Shown piece after piece: positions 10,021 through 20,132 of a DNA stretch of 64,000 bases (within the stretch, counting starts at the first letter, position 1; every line of letters starts with the position of its first letter). The position numbers and the translations under genes were made by a program. The notes beneath the pieces are model-generated. The model worked only from the letters and a program-made list of their open reading frames with translations, was not told the DNA's origin and ran no database searches. The stretch is from an uncultured bacterium (GTDB lineage Bacteria > Oederibacteriota > JAAXVQ01 > JAUVAV01): NCBI GenBank assembly GCA_963710755.1, contig CAVQBK010000003.1, forward strand, positions 960,001 through 1,024,000. The letters run 5' to 3'.

Positions 10021-10596
10021 ATGAAGCTTAGCCCGCAGGATAAACAACAACTTTTGAAATTGGCACGTGAAACCCTGGAGACTTGTCTCCAAGAGGGGCA
10101 GCATGCTTTGCCGTCTTTGCCCGGGGAACTGTCGGAAGCCCTTCTCCAGGCTGATGGCAGCGGAGCATTTGTGACCCTTAATCAGCACCATCGCTTGCGC
10201 GGCTGTATTGGCGTATTGGAAAGCAATTTAACCATGGCGGAAACGGTTCGGCGCATGGCTCTGGCCGCAGCCTTGGACGATCCGCGCTTTCCCCAGGTTC
10301 AGGCTAAAGAACTGCCCCAACTGGTGATTGAAATCTCTGTTTTATCTCCCAAGCGTCCGATTAAGGATATTCGGGAAATTGAACTGGGATCGGACGGCAT
10401 CGTTATCGAAGGCCAGGGCAGACATGGCGTGTTTTTGCCACAAGTGGCCACGGAAAATAATTGGGATCTGGAAACCTTCCTGTGTGAGTGCTGTGCCCAT
10501 AAAGCCGGGCTGCCCCGATGGGCCTGGAAAGAGGGGCGCGCCTCGATCTTCGCTTTTCACGCTGATGTTTTCAAAGAAAAGATAAAAAAAGTTTAG
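10021..10596 (+). CDS. AMMECR1-domain protein (AmmeMemoRadiSam protein A)
   Basis: GAFVTL...LRGCIG, DPRF, EISVLS and GVFLPQVA motifs; the ATG at 10021 is preferred over the TTG at 9916. Confidence 0.88.
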   Translation: MKLSPQDKQQLLKLARETLETCLQEGQHALPSLPGELSEALLQADGSGAFVTLNQHHRLRGCIGVLESNLTMAETVRRMALAAALDDPRFPQVQAKELPQLVIEISVLSPKRPIKDIREIELGSDGIVIEGQGRHGVFLPQVATENNWDLETFLCECCAHKAGLPRWAWKEGRASIFAFHADVFKEKIKKV

Positions 10597-10663
10597 GTCC
10601 CCGGTCATGCAACCGACAATAGCCAAACAGGGTCAAATAATATGGGTGAATTGGAAAATGCTC

Positions 10664-10692
10664 TTGTGAAGGCAGAAGGGTTTAGGTATAAT
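10664..10692 (+). promoter_or_regulatory. sigma70 promoter of the DUF151-atp transcript
   Basis: TTGTGA-N17-TATAAT followed by a GAGGAG RBS. Confidence 0.6.
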
Positions 10693-10718
10693 CCTTCCCG
10701 ATTGAGGAGGAGTAGACA

Positions 10719-11192
10719 ATGGTCGAAATGAAGGTTAAAGGCTTGGCAGTGGATGCCAATTCCAAGATTCCGGTGGTCATTCTGACCGATCCGGAAGAGA
10801 AAAGATATTTGCCCATTTGGATAGGTATCTATGAAGCAGATGCTATTTTAATCGCTCTGGAAAAAATCAATGTGCCCCGGCCGATGACTCATGATCTGAT
10901 GAAATCCATCCTGGAGTCGCTCAATGTCACCATTGAACGTATTCTTATTCATAACATTGAGAACAACACTTTTTACGCACGCATCACGCTGGCACGGGAC
11001 AGAGAAGAGTGGGAGATAGATGCCAGACCGTCCGATGCCATTGCCTTGGGCCTTAGGACCGAGTGTCCCATTTATGTTTCGGAAAAAGTGATTGTGGAAG
11101 CGAGTATTACGGACAAGTCCAAATATGAAAAAGAAAAGATTGAATTCAAGAAATTCTTTCAAGACTTGAAACCTGCGGATTTTAACCGCTAA
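10719..11192 (+). CDS. bifunctional nuclease family protein (DUF151)
   Basis: LPIWIG..EA, PRPMTHDL and IDARPSDAIAL motifs. Confidence 0.9.
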   Translation: MVEMKVKGLAVDANSKIPVVILTDPEEKRYLPIWIGIYEADAILIALEKINVPRPMTHDLMKSILESLNVTIERILIHNIENNTFYARITLARDREEWEIDARPSDAIALGLRTECPIYVSEKVIVEASITDKSKYEKEKIEFKKFFQDLKPADFNR

Positions 11193-11198
11193 AAGCGT

Positions 11199-11429
11199 AT
11201 GATGGACAATAAAAATAATTGGATTCAACAGGTGGGCGCAGCCAGTACAGTGGGCTTGACCATCGTAGCTAGTATTGTGATCGGAACGGGAATGGGCCTG
11301 TTATTGGATCGATGGCTGGGGACAGCGCCGTGGCTTTTGTTTGTTTTTATGATCCTAGGTATTATCGCCGGCTTTTATAATGTTGCCAAAGTATTAAAAT
11401 CCATCCGGAATCGCAGGTCGCGGCCATGA
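11199..11429 (+). CDS. AtpZ/AtpI-family small membrane protein
   Basis: G..LDRWLGTAPW motif, two TM helices, at the head of the atp operon. Confidence 0.85.
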   Translation: MMDNKNNWIQQVGAASTVGLTIVASIVIGTGMGLLLDRWLGTAPWLLFVFMILGIIAGFYNVAKVLKSIRNRRSRP

Positions 11430-11776
11430 GTGTTTCAAAAGTACATTTATTAATAGTATTCGGCGTGTTTTTACCAGTGTTGTTTTTAGTCTCGGGGATG
11501 GGGCCCTGGGCAGTAGGATGCATGATTGGTGAAGGTTTGGGACTAATCAGTTTTATTTGGATCGGCCATACAGTGCGACGTCTTTTGGCCCAAAAAAACT
11601 CAAATCCCGCCCGTCACTTAATCATGAACAGCTTGGGGCGGTACGTGATGATGGGCGCAGCCATCCTCTTCTCCCTGCAATGGCCGGGAGGCAATGTTTG
11701 GGGATTGGTACTTGGTTATTCTGTTGTGCAATTGCCAGCCGCTGTGCTCAAAGGTCTTGCCCCTACCAATTCATAG
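11426..11776 (+). CDS. atpI: ATP synthase protein I
   Basis: Four-TM protein immediately upstream of atpB. Confidence 0.7.
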   Translation: MSVSKVHLLIVFGVFLPVLFLVSGMGPWAVGCMIGEGLGLISFIWIGHTVRRLLAQKNSNPARHLIMNSLGRYVMMGAAILFSLQWPGGNVWGLVLGYSVVQLPAAVLKGLAPTNS

Positions 11777-11794
11777 CCACATCGAGGAATTTCC

Positions 11795-12517
11795 ATGAGT
11801 GCCATTCCTGAATCCATTGAGTTTCATACCCCCTTTGATCCCAGCCTGCTTATGACCGGGTTGGCCGTGGTGGTCATTGTTCTGTTTTCCTGGGCAGCCA
11901 CTAAAAAAATGCAGATGGTACCCAAGGGTTCCCAGAATGTCCTGGAAATGATCCTGAATTTTATTTATGACTTTGCGGACGATATGGTCGGTCCTACAGC
12001 GCCTAAATATTATCCTCTGTTTTCCATGCTCTTTTTTTTCATTTTATTATGCAATCTTATGGGGCTCGTTCCGGGCCTGTTTTCCAGTACCAGCAAACTT
12101 TCAGTTACAGTCGGATTGGCGCTAGTCGTCTTTTTTTCCACCCATTATTTCGGCATTAAAGAAAGAGGATTGGTGGCTTATATCAAGCATTGGTTCGGTC
12201 CGGTGCCGGTATGGCTCAAACCGTTCATGTTTTTTATTGAAATTATCGGTGAGTTAGCCAGGCCTCTGTCTTTATCTTTTCGTTTGTTCGGGAACATCCT
12301 GGCCAAAGAAATTTTATTGGGTGTGCTGGCGTTGTTGGTGGTGATTTTTTTACCGGCACCCAATATTATTAAAAATATCCTTACCATCGTGCCGGTTATT
12401 CTCAGACCATTAATTATTATGTTGGGCATTTTGGTGAGCATCATTCAAGCTTTCGTATTCATGATACTGGCCATGGTTTATATCGGGGGCGCTGTGCAAT
12501 CCCACGAAGGACATTAA
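11795..12517 (+). CDS. atpB: F0 subunit a
   Basis: RPLSLSFRLFGNI and IQAFVF motifs. Confidence 0.97.
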   Translation: MSAIPESIEFHTPFDPSLLMTGLAVVVIVLFSWAATKKMQMVPKGSQNVLEMILNFIYDFADDMVGPTAPKYYPLFSMLFFFILLCNLMGLVPGLFSSTSKLSVTVGLALVVFFSTHYFGIKERGLVAYIKHWFGPVPVWLKPFMFFIEIIGELARPLSLSFRLFGNILAKEILLGVLALLVVIFLPAPNIIKNILTIVPVILRPLIIMLGILVSIIQAFVFMILAMVYIGGAVQSHEGH

Positions 12518-12636
12518 AAAAATACCGCGACGTTGTCTGGCCGGGCTGATGAAGGGCATTGAACACCATGAACTTTATCCCCACAGGAGCTGCGGAGTAT
12601 TCGCGTTAGCGGAATAAAACGAGGAGGACGAAGATC

Positions 12637-13020
12637 GTGAAAAAGTGGATGTTAACAATGGTCAATGTGGTTTTAACCCTGTTGGTGACCGCCGGTTTGG
12701 CAATGGCTGAAGAAGCCGCCAAAGGCGCCGAAGCCGCAACCCAGGCTGCCGGTGGATCGGGCGGGACCCTGTTTTTTGCAGCTTGCGCCATTGGTGCGGC
12801 GGTAGGCTTGGGCCTGGCGGCCGCTGGCGGCGGGTTTGGTCAGGGCATCGCGGTTGGTAAGGCAGTGGAAGGCATTGCCCGGCAACCGGAAGCCAGCGGG
12901 ACTATCCAAACGGCCATGATTATCGGTATTTCCTTTATTGAATCATTGACCATTTATGCCTTGGTCGTAGCCTTGATTCTGTTGTTTGCCAATCCCTTCC
13001 TTAAGTTTTTTGTCCAATAA
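12637..13020 (+). CDS. atpE: F0 subunit c with an N-terminal signal-peptide-like extension
   Basis: ARQPE loop and IESLTIY; GTG start after GAGGAGG. Confidence 0.95.
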   Translation: MKKWMLTMVNVVLTLLVTAGLAMAEEAAKGAEAATQAAGGSGGTLFFAACAIGAAVGLGLAAAGGGFGQGIAVGKAVEGIARQPEASGTIQTAMIIGISFIESLTIYALVVALILLFANPFLKFFVQ

Positions 13021-13037
13021 GGCGGATGTGAGCAATC

Positions 13038-13529
13038 ATGATAGAAATTAACTGGTCTCTACTTTTAATTCAAGTGGCTACCTTTCTGGCAGCCATGATC
13101 GTGGTATGGAAATTTTCCTGGGGTCCTTTGACTAGGATGATGCAGGACCGTACCCATAAAATCCAGGATGATATTGACCGGGCCACTAAAGGCCGCCATG
13201 AGGTGGAGGTTTTGGAAGGGGAATACCACCGTCAGCTGGCGGACATAGAGGATAAAGCCAGGAAGACCATTAATGAGGCCATACAAAAAGGACATCAGGA
13301 ACGCGAATTAATTCTGCAGGAAGCCCAGGAAGAAGCCAAACGGTTACTGGAGAAAAATCACGAGATGTTGCAGCAGGAGCGTCAGCAAGTTATCAAGGAA
13401 CTGCGAACCGAGGTCTCATCCATTGCCATTAAAGCCATAGAGCAATTGCTCCAGGAAAAAAATAAGGATGAGCTTCAGGATCGGCTGGTTGACGATTTCA
13501 TCAATGATCTGGACAAGGTTGAGAAATAA
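13038..13529 (+). CDS. atpF: F0 subunit b
   Basis: N-terminal TM, charged coiled coil, operon position. Confidence 0.92.
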   Translation: MIEINWSLLLIQVATFLAAMIVVWKFSWGPLTRMMQDRTHKIQDDIDRATKGRHEVEVLEGEYHRQLADIEDKARKTINEAIQKGHQERELILQEAQEEAKRLLEKNHEMLQQERQQVIKELRTEVSSIAIKAIEQLLQEKNKDELQDRLVDDFINDLDKVEK

Positions 13530-13531
13530 TT

Positions 13532-14074
13532 ATGAGTACTGAATATTTGGCCGCCAGCAAGTATGCCAAAGCGCTCTTTGCGTTGGCGCTGACCGCAAAG
13601 CAAGAACAAAAAGTGGCTCAGGAATTGGAGTTGCTCACCAGGTCTTTTGGACAGGGCGAGGGCATGGCCTTGCTGGTTCATCCCCTACTGGCCCGAGAAA
13701 ATAAAAAAGACCTATTGAAAAAAATACTGGCCAAGGACATTGGCGCCCTGACCATGAAGCTGCTCGATCTGCTGGTGGATAAGCAACGAGGGGCACTATT
13801 GCCCATGATTGAACAGTGCTACCGCGAACAGATTGAAGCCCATCAGGCAGCAGCCAGGGCTGAGGTTAGAACCGCCCAACCCTTGACACCAAATCAGCTG
13901 GAAAGCCTGCAACGCCGTTTAGAAGCTTATACGGGCAAAAAGATTACCCTACAAGTTGAAGTGGAAGAACAACTGCAGGCCGGTGCGAAAATAATATTGG
14001 GCGACTTGGTTTTTGACGGCACTTTGACAGGCCGTTTGGAACGGTTGAAAAAAACCATGCTCGCAAACAATTAA
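13532..14074 (+). CDS. atpH: F1 subunit delta
   Basis: YAKAL and DGTL..RL motifs; operon position. Confidence 0.93.
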   Translation: MSTEYLAASKYAKALFALALTAKQEQKVAQELELLTRSFGQGEGMALLVHPLLARENKKDLLKKILAKDIGALTMKLLDLLVDKQRGALLPMIEQCYREQIEAHQAAARAEVRTAQPLTPNQLESLQRRLEAYTGKKITLQVEVEEQLQAGAKIILGDLVFDGTLTGRLERLKKTMLANN

Positions 14075-14192
14075 AGCCGGATAAGGTTTGTTTTTTTGCA
14101 TCGCGCCGAATGTACTGCCAGTGGGCCCCGAACCATGATGGAAAGCCAGCTCGTCGTGTCAGAAGCAACGTTTTTAACGAAAGGATTCATTC

Positions 14193-15710
14193 ATGAAGAT
14201 ATCACCTGAAGAAGTCACCGAGGTCATCAAACAACAACTTGAAGGCTTTGAGAGTCAGGCTACCCGCGAGGAAGTTGGTACAGTCCTGCAGGTCAGCGAC
14301 GGCATCGCCCGTATCTGGGGTTTGGCCGGAGCCATGTCCATGGAGCTGCTGGAATTTCCTCATGATGTTTACGGCATGGTACTCAATTTGGAGGATGATA
14401 ATGTGGGCTGCGTCATGCTCGGTGACTATACACTGATCAAAGAAGGCGACAAAGTTAAGCGCACCCGCAGAATTATGCAAGTGCCCGCGGGTTATGGGCT
14501 GCTGGGACGGGTGGTCAATCCCTTGGGTCAGCCTCTGGATGGCAAGGGCGAAATCAAAGCCGAGTCTTTCCAAGCTGTGGAGCGTATTGCCCATGGCGTG
14601 GTGGAACGGCAGGGGGTGAAAGCGCCCCTGCAAACCGGGATCAAGGCCATTGATGCTATGATTCCCATTGGCCGGGGCCAGCGGGAACTGATTATTGGCG
14701 ACCGTCAAACCGGAAAAACGGCTGTGGCCGTGGACACCATCATTAACCAAAAACACACGGATGTTTATTGCGTTTACGTGGCCATAGGACAAAAACAATC
14801 CACCGTGGCGCAAGTGGTCAAAACCCTGGAGGACAACGGGGTTATGGATAAAACCATCGTGGTGGTGGCCGGGGCCAGCGATCCGGCACCGCTGCTGTAT
14901 TTGGCGCCCTATGCCGGTTGTGCCATGGCGGAAGCGTTCCTGATGAATGGCAAACATGCATTGATTGTCTACGACGATTTGTCCAAACATGCCGTGGCCT
15001 ACCGCCAGATGTCTTTGTTATTGCGTCGGCCGCCGGGGCGCGAAGCTTATCCTGGGGACGTCTTTTATCTGCATTCGCGTTTGCTGGAGCGGGCCTCCAA
15101 ATTAAGTGATGATTTGGGCGGCGGCTCCTTGACGGCACTGCCGATTATCGAGACCCAGGCCGGCGACATTTCGGCCTATATTCCCACCAATGTGATTTCC
15201 ATTACGGACGGGCAAATCTTTCTGGAGACCAATCTGTTTCATGCCGGCCAGCGGCCGGCGGTCAATGTGGGTCTATCTGTCTCGCGCGTAGGCGGCAGTG
15301 CTCAGATCAAAGCCATGAAACAGATTGCCGGCCGGTTGCGCATGGATATGTCCCAGTACCGGGAACTAGCGGCGTTTGCGCAATTCGGATCTGATTTGGA
15401 CAAAGCCACGCAGGCTCAGTTGGCGCGGGGAGAACGAATGATGCAGTTACTTCGGCAACAGCAATACGCGCCCATGCTGGTGGAAGATCAGGTGGCCATG
15501 CTATTCGCAGGCACCACCGGCGCCCTGGATACGATCCCGGTCAATGCAGTGCTACAGTTTGAAAAGGAATTTCTCCATTTTCTTAAGGATGTTCATCCCA
15601 CTCTGCTCAAGGCCATTAAACAAAAAGGCGAGATGGATACGGGTATGAATGAAGAGCTTACCAGTGCCATCGAGGAATTTAAAAAACAGTTTAAACCTTT
15701 GGGAGTCTAA
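14193..15710 (+). CDS. atpA: F1 subunit alpha
   Basis: GDRQTGKT and [20 protein letters not shown]. Confidence 0.99.
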   Translation: MKISPEEVTEVIKQQLEGFESQATREEVGTVLQVSDGIARIWGLAGAMSMELLEFPHDVYGMVLNLEDDNVGCVMLGDYTLIKEGDKVKRTRRIMQVPAGYGLLGRVVNPLGQPLDGKGEIKAESFQAVERIAHGVVERQGVKAPLQTGIKAIDAMIPIGRGQRELIIGDRQTGKTAVAVDTIINQKHTDVYCVYVAIGQKQSTVAQVVKTLEDNGVMDKTIVVVAGASDPAPLLYLAPYAGCAMAEAFLMNGKHALIVYDDLSKHAVAYRQMSLLLRRPPGREAYPGDVFYLHSRLLERASKLSDDLGGGSLTALPIIETQAGDISAYIPTNVISITDGQIFLETNLFHAGQRPAVNVGLSVSRVGGSAQIKAMKQIAGRLRMDMSQYRELAAFAQFGSDLDKATQAQLARGERMMQLLRQQQYAPMLVEDQVAMLFAGTTGALDTIPVNAVLQFEKEFLHFLKDVHPTLLKAIKQKGEMDTGMNEELTSAIEEFKKQFKPLGV

Positions 15711-15712
15711 GC

Positions 15713-16579
15713 GTGGCCAGTTTGCGTCAATTACGAACCCGCATCAGCAGCGTCAAAAATATCCAACAGATTACCAGGGCCATGAAAATGGTGGCCTCGG
15801 CGCGACTGCGCGTAGCGCAAAGTCAATTAATGGAGGCCAGACCATATGCCCTGAAAATGAACGAGATGATCAGTCAGGTGGCCGCGCGGACTAAAGACCG
15901 TTTTCATCCTCTCCTGGGCACGCCCCAGGGGCCACGGGAAGCCAGGCTGGTGCTAACCTCGGACAAAGGCATGTGTGGAGGGTTTAATATTCAGCCCTTG
16001 CAGGTCGCCACAGGAAAACTGATCCACTCCAGTTTAGCAGAGGCCATCGATTTTTTATGTTGCGGCCGCAAGGGCTTGGACTTCTTCAGAAGGTCCGGCA
16101 TTGCCTTGGCCAAGCAATGGGCGGGGTTTTGGCAAGATCTTAATTGGTACCATGCCGACAGCATTGCCCAGGACATCATGGAAGAGTATATCAAGGGCCG
16201 TTGGTCCAAAGTCACTATTGTTTTTAATCGCTTTAAATCGGCGATTGCCCAAGAAACCGTGGAGCGGGTACTATTGCCGCTTCCGGACCAAATGGTTTCT
16301 GACAGCGAAAATAAACTAAGTGAATACTATTTCGAACCGGATTTGGAAAAAATTTTCGAGCATCTGCTGCCCCGGTATATCAAAGTGAGCATCTGGCATT
16401 TTCTTTTGGAATCCAAGGCAGCCGAACAAGCGGCCCGCATGCAGGCCATGGAAAATGCTACTGAGAGCGCCGGTGAAATGATTGAGGATATGGTATTACA
16501 ATTGAACCGGGCCCGTCAGGCTGCCATTACCAGTGAAATTTCGGAATTGGTGGGCAGCGCTGAAGCTATTAATAGCTAG
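15713..16579 (+). CDS. atpG: F1 subunit gamma
   Basis: ITRAMKMVA and NRARQAAITSEISE. Confidence 0.98.
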   Translation: MASLRQLRTRISSVKNIQQITRAMKMVASARLRVAQSQLMEARPYALKMNEMISQVAARTKDRFHPLLGTPQGPREARLVLTSDKGMCGGFNIQPLQVATGKLIHSSLAEAIDFLCCGRKGLDFFRRSGIALAKQWAGFWQDLNWYHADSIAQDIMEEYIKGRWSKVTIVFNRFKSAIAQETVERVLLPLPDQMVSDSENKLSEYYFEPDLEKIFEHLLPRYIKVSIWHFLLESKAAEQAARMQAMENATESAGEMIEDMVLQLNRARQAAITSEISELVGSAEAINS

Positions 16580-16840
16580 AGCTATTGAAAGCAGATGGTT
16601 TCTGGAAAACCATTGTTTATTCTGGGCCTGTGTGTAGGGACAGGGCAGGTCGGGCCCTTGCAAAAACCCTTTTATTTTAAGACGTTCGGTTTATATGAAG
16701 TAAGCAACACGTATCTACAACTAAAAATAATTTATTTCGTAACAAGAACCAGATAATCGGGGCGAAAAAATTCGTCCAATAACAAGATGATGAAACGGTC
16801 AACAATTATTCAGGACATACAGTGTATGCAGGAGGAATAG

Positions 16841-18253
<1,413 letters not shown>

Positions 18254-18300
18254 CCCAGCCGGGCGTGGCACGCCCCTGATATGGGCAAGAAAGAGGAACG

Positions 18301-18735
18301 ATGTCGAATAAAACCCTTGAATTGGAAGTAGTCACTCCGGAAAAACTGGTGCTGCGTCAAAACGCCCGGGCCGTGGTGCTGCCCGGCACTGAGGGCAGTT
18401 TTGGCGTTTTACCCGGACATCTGGCCATGGTAACCAGTTTGAAGCCGGGCATGCTTAAAGTGGAAGAGCAAGATGGCGATACTATATATGCCATTGGCGG
18501 CGGCTATGCCGAGATCGCTAATAATAAAGTGGTGGTTCTGGCCGATACCGCTGAATTGGCGGAGGATATTGACATTGAAGCAGCCAAAAAAGAACGGGCT
18601 CGGGCTGTGGCTCAATTAAAATCAGGCATTCACGGCGCGGAATTGGATCAGGTGGAAATATCACTGAAAAAAGCCCTGGCGCGGTTAAGTGTAGCCGATG
18701 TGGTGCGCCGCCGGCAAATGATGAAGAAAAAATGA
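18301..18735 (+). CDS. atpC: F1 subunit epsilon
   Basis: LEVVTPE and GVLPGH. Confidence 0.96.
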   Translation: MSNKTLELEVVTPEKLVLRQNARAVVLPGTEGSFGVLPGHLAMVTSLKPGMLKVEEQDGDTIYAIGGGYAEIANNKVVVLADTAELAEDIDIEAAKKERARAVAQLKSGIHGAELDQVEISLKKALARLSVADVVRRRQMMKKK

Positions 18736-18809
18736 TTACCTTTTTAATTTCGGACAGCGTATGCTATGCTTGAAGGCATTGGAGAATATGTTGCGAAAGG
18801 GGTGGTTTT

Positions 18810-19766
18810 ATGAATAAGGGGATCTTGGCCGCAGGGATAATCATTGCAGGTCTGGTGGGCGTGACCACGGCCCAAGCGGTGCAGACCAATTATACGATTG
18901 GCGAGAGCGCGGGTGCGGAATTAAAAATCAATTTGTCAACCCGTTTTGCAGGCACCGGGGATGCAGGCATTGCCCTGGTGGATGATTTGAATGCCACGGC
19001 CCTTAATCCTGCAGGCTTGGCACAGGTGGCCGGCTTGCAAGCCGGTTTTATGCACAATATTTACCTGGAAGATACGGCGCTTGAATATCTGGCATATGCA
19101 CAAAACCTTTTTAGCGGCGCCGGCCTGGGAGCGAGCGTGATGGTTTTGAATTTCGGTTCCTTGGACAAACTGACCGTGGACAGCAATAACCTGCCCGTTC
19201 AGGATGGCAGTTTTACGCCCATGGCTTATGCTGCCAAAGTGGGTTATGGCCAGCAGGTGATGGAACAAGCCAGAGTGGGTGCGGTACTTAAATTGTACGG
19301 CCTCAGTATCGACAGCATCAATTATACTTCGGTGGCTCTTGATCTGGGCGCCCAATATCAAATCATGGAAAGCCTAAGCTCAGCCCTGACTATTGAAAAT
19401 CTGGGCACCTCAGTGGCCGATTCTTCCTTGGCCCTGTTGGCCAAGGCCGGTCTGGCTTATGCCATCCCCTTTAAAGCTACGCCCAATGACAAGTGGAATG
19501 TAATGGTCGATGTGGTACTGCCTTTTGGAGATGCTGCATATACCTCGGCCAACATTGGCACCGAATATTGGTATAATCAGGCCCTGGCTTTACGCTTGGG
19601 CTACAAGGTCAAAGATACAGGCGGCTTGGACGGCGTCAATGGCTTGACAGCAGGGTTGGGTGGCAGACTGATGTTGGGTAATACGGCCTTGACCTTGGAT
19701 TATGCTCTGAGCACCTTTGGTGATCTGGGGATGAGCCATCAAATCGCGATTAGTTTGGGGTTATAA
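18810..19766 (+). CDS. PorV/PorQ-like (UPF0164) outer-membrane beta-barrel
   Basis: Signal peptide; NPAGL, GTEYWY...LRLGY and LDYA...GDLGMSHQI motifs. Confidence 0.75.
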   Translation: MNKGILAAGIIIAGLVGVTTAQAVQTNYTIGESAGAELKINLSTRFAGTGDAGIALVDDLNATALNPAGLAQVAGLQAGFMHNIYLEDTALEYLAYAQNLFSGAGLGASVMVLNFGSLDKLTVDSNNLPVQDGSFTPMAYAAKVGYGQQVMEQARVGAVLKLYGLSIDSINYTSVALDLGAQYQIMESLSSALTIENLGTSVADSSLALLAKAGLAYAIPFKATPNDKWNVMVDVVLPFGDAAYTSANIGTEYWYNQALALRLGYKVKDTGGLDGVNGLTAGLGGRLMLGNTALTLDYALSTFGDLGMSHQIAISLGL

Positions 19767-19786
19767 GCCAGACCATTACCTTTGCG

Positions 19787-19819
19787 AGCCCTCTATGAGT
19801 TTTCATGGAGGGCTTTTTT
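19787..19819 (+). terminator. intrinsic terminator
   Basis: AGCCCTCTATGA/TCATGGAGGGCT hairpin followed by a T run. Confidence 0.75.
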
Positions 19820-19924
19820 ATTGCACCAATTTTAATACTCTCTTGTAGAGATGAACAGTCAGCGATGCCCGCTTTCGAGGTTCTGTTCGCCTATATCCGA
19901 TCATTTATTCCCTTAAAGCATCCT

Positions 19925-20080
19925 GCAGCCCCGACCGGATGGGATATTATAGGAAAGGGACGCCTGCGGCAGCCCCGACCGGAGCAGATATTATTATGGG
20001 AGGGACGCCTGCGGCAGCCCCGACCGGAGCGGATATTATTATGGGAAGGGACGCCTGCGGCAGCCCCGACCGGAGCAGAT
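19925..20080. repeat. tandem ~45-bp REP-like repeat, about 3.5 copies
   Basis: GGGACGCCTGCGGCAGCCCCGACCGGAGC(A/G)GAT starts at 19957, 20002 and 20048, with a partial copy at 19925. Confidence 0.9.
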
Positions 20081-20132
20081 GCCTGCGGCGTAAGTTGCGG
20101 GGGATTATGGGGACGTCCAAAGGAGCATCATT

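Noticed and set aside
16580-16840. Hidden gene or ncRNA in the 261-bp atpG-atpD gap
   Set aside because: No ORF with an RBS and no recognisable structured RNA; probably an internal promoter or processing region that cannot be pinned down.
19925-20090. CRISPR array
   Set aside because: Sequences between repeats are ~15 bp and nearly identical rather than unique spacers, and no cas genes are present.
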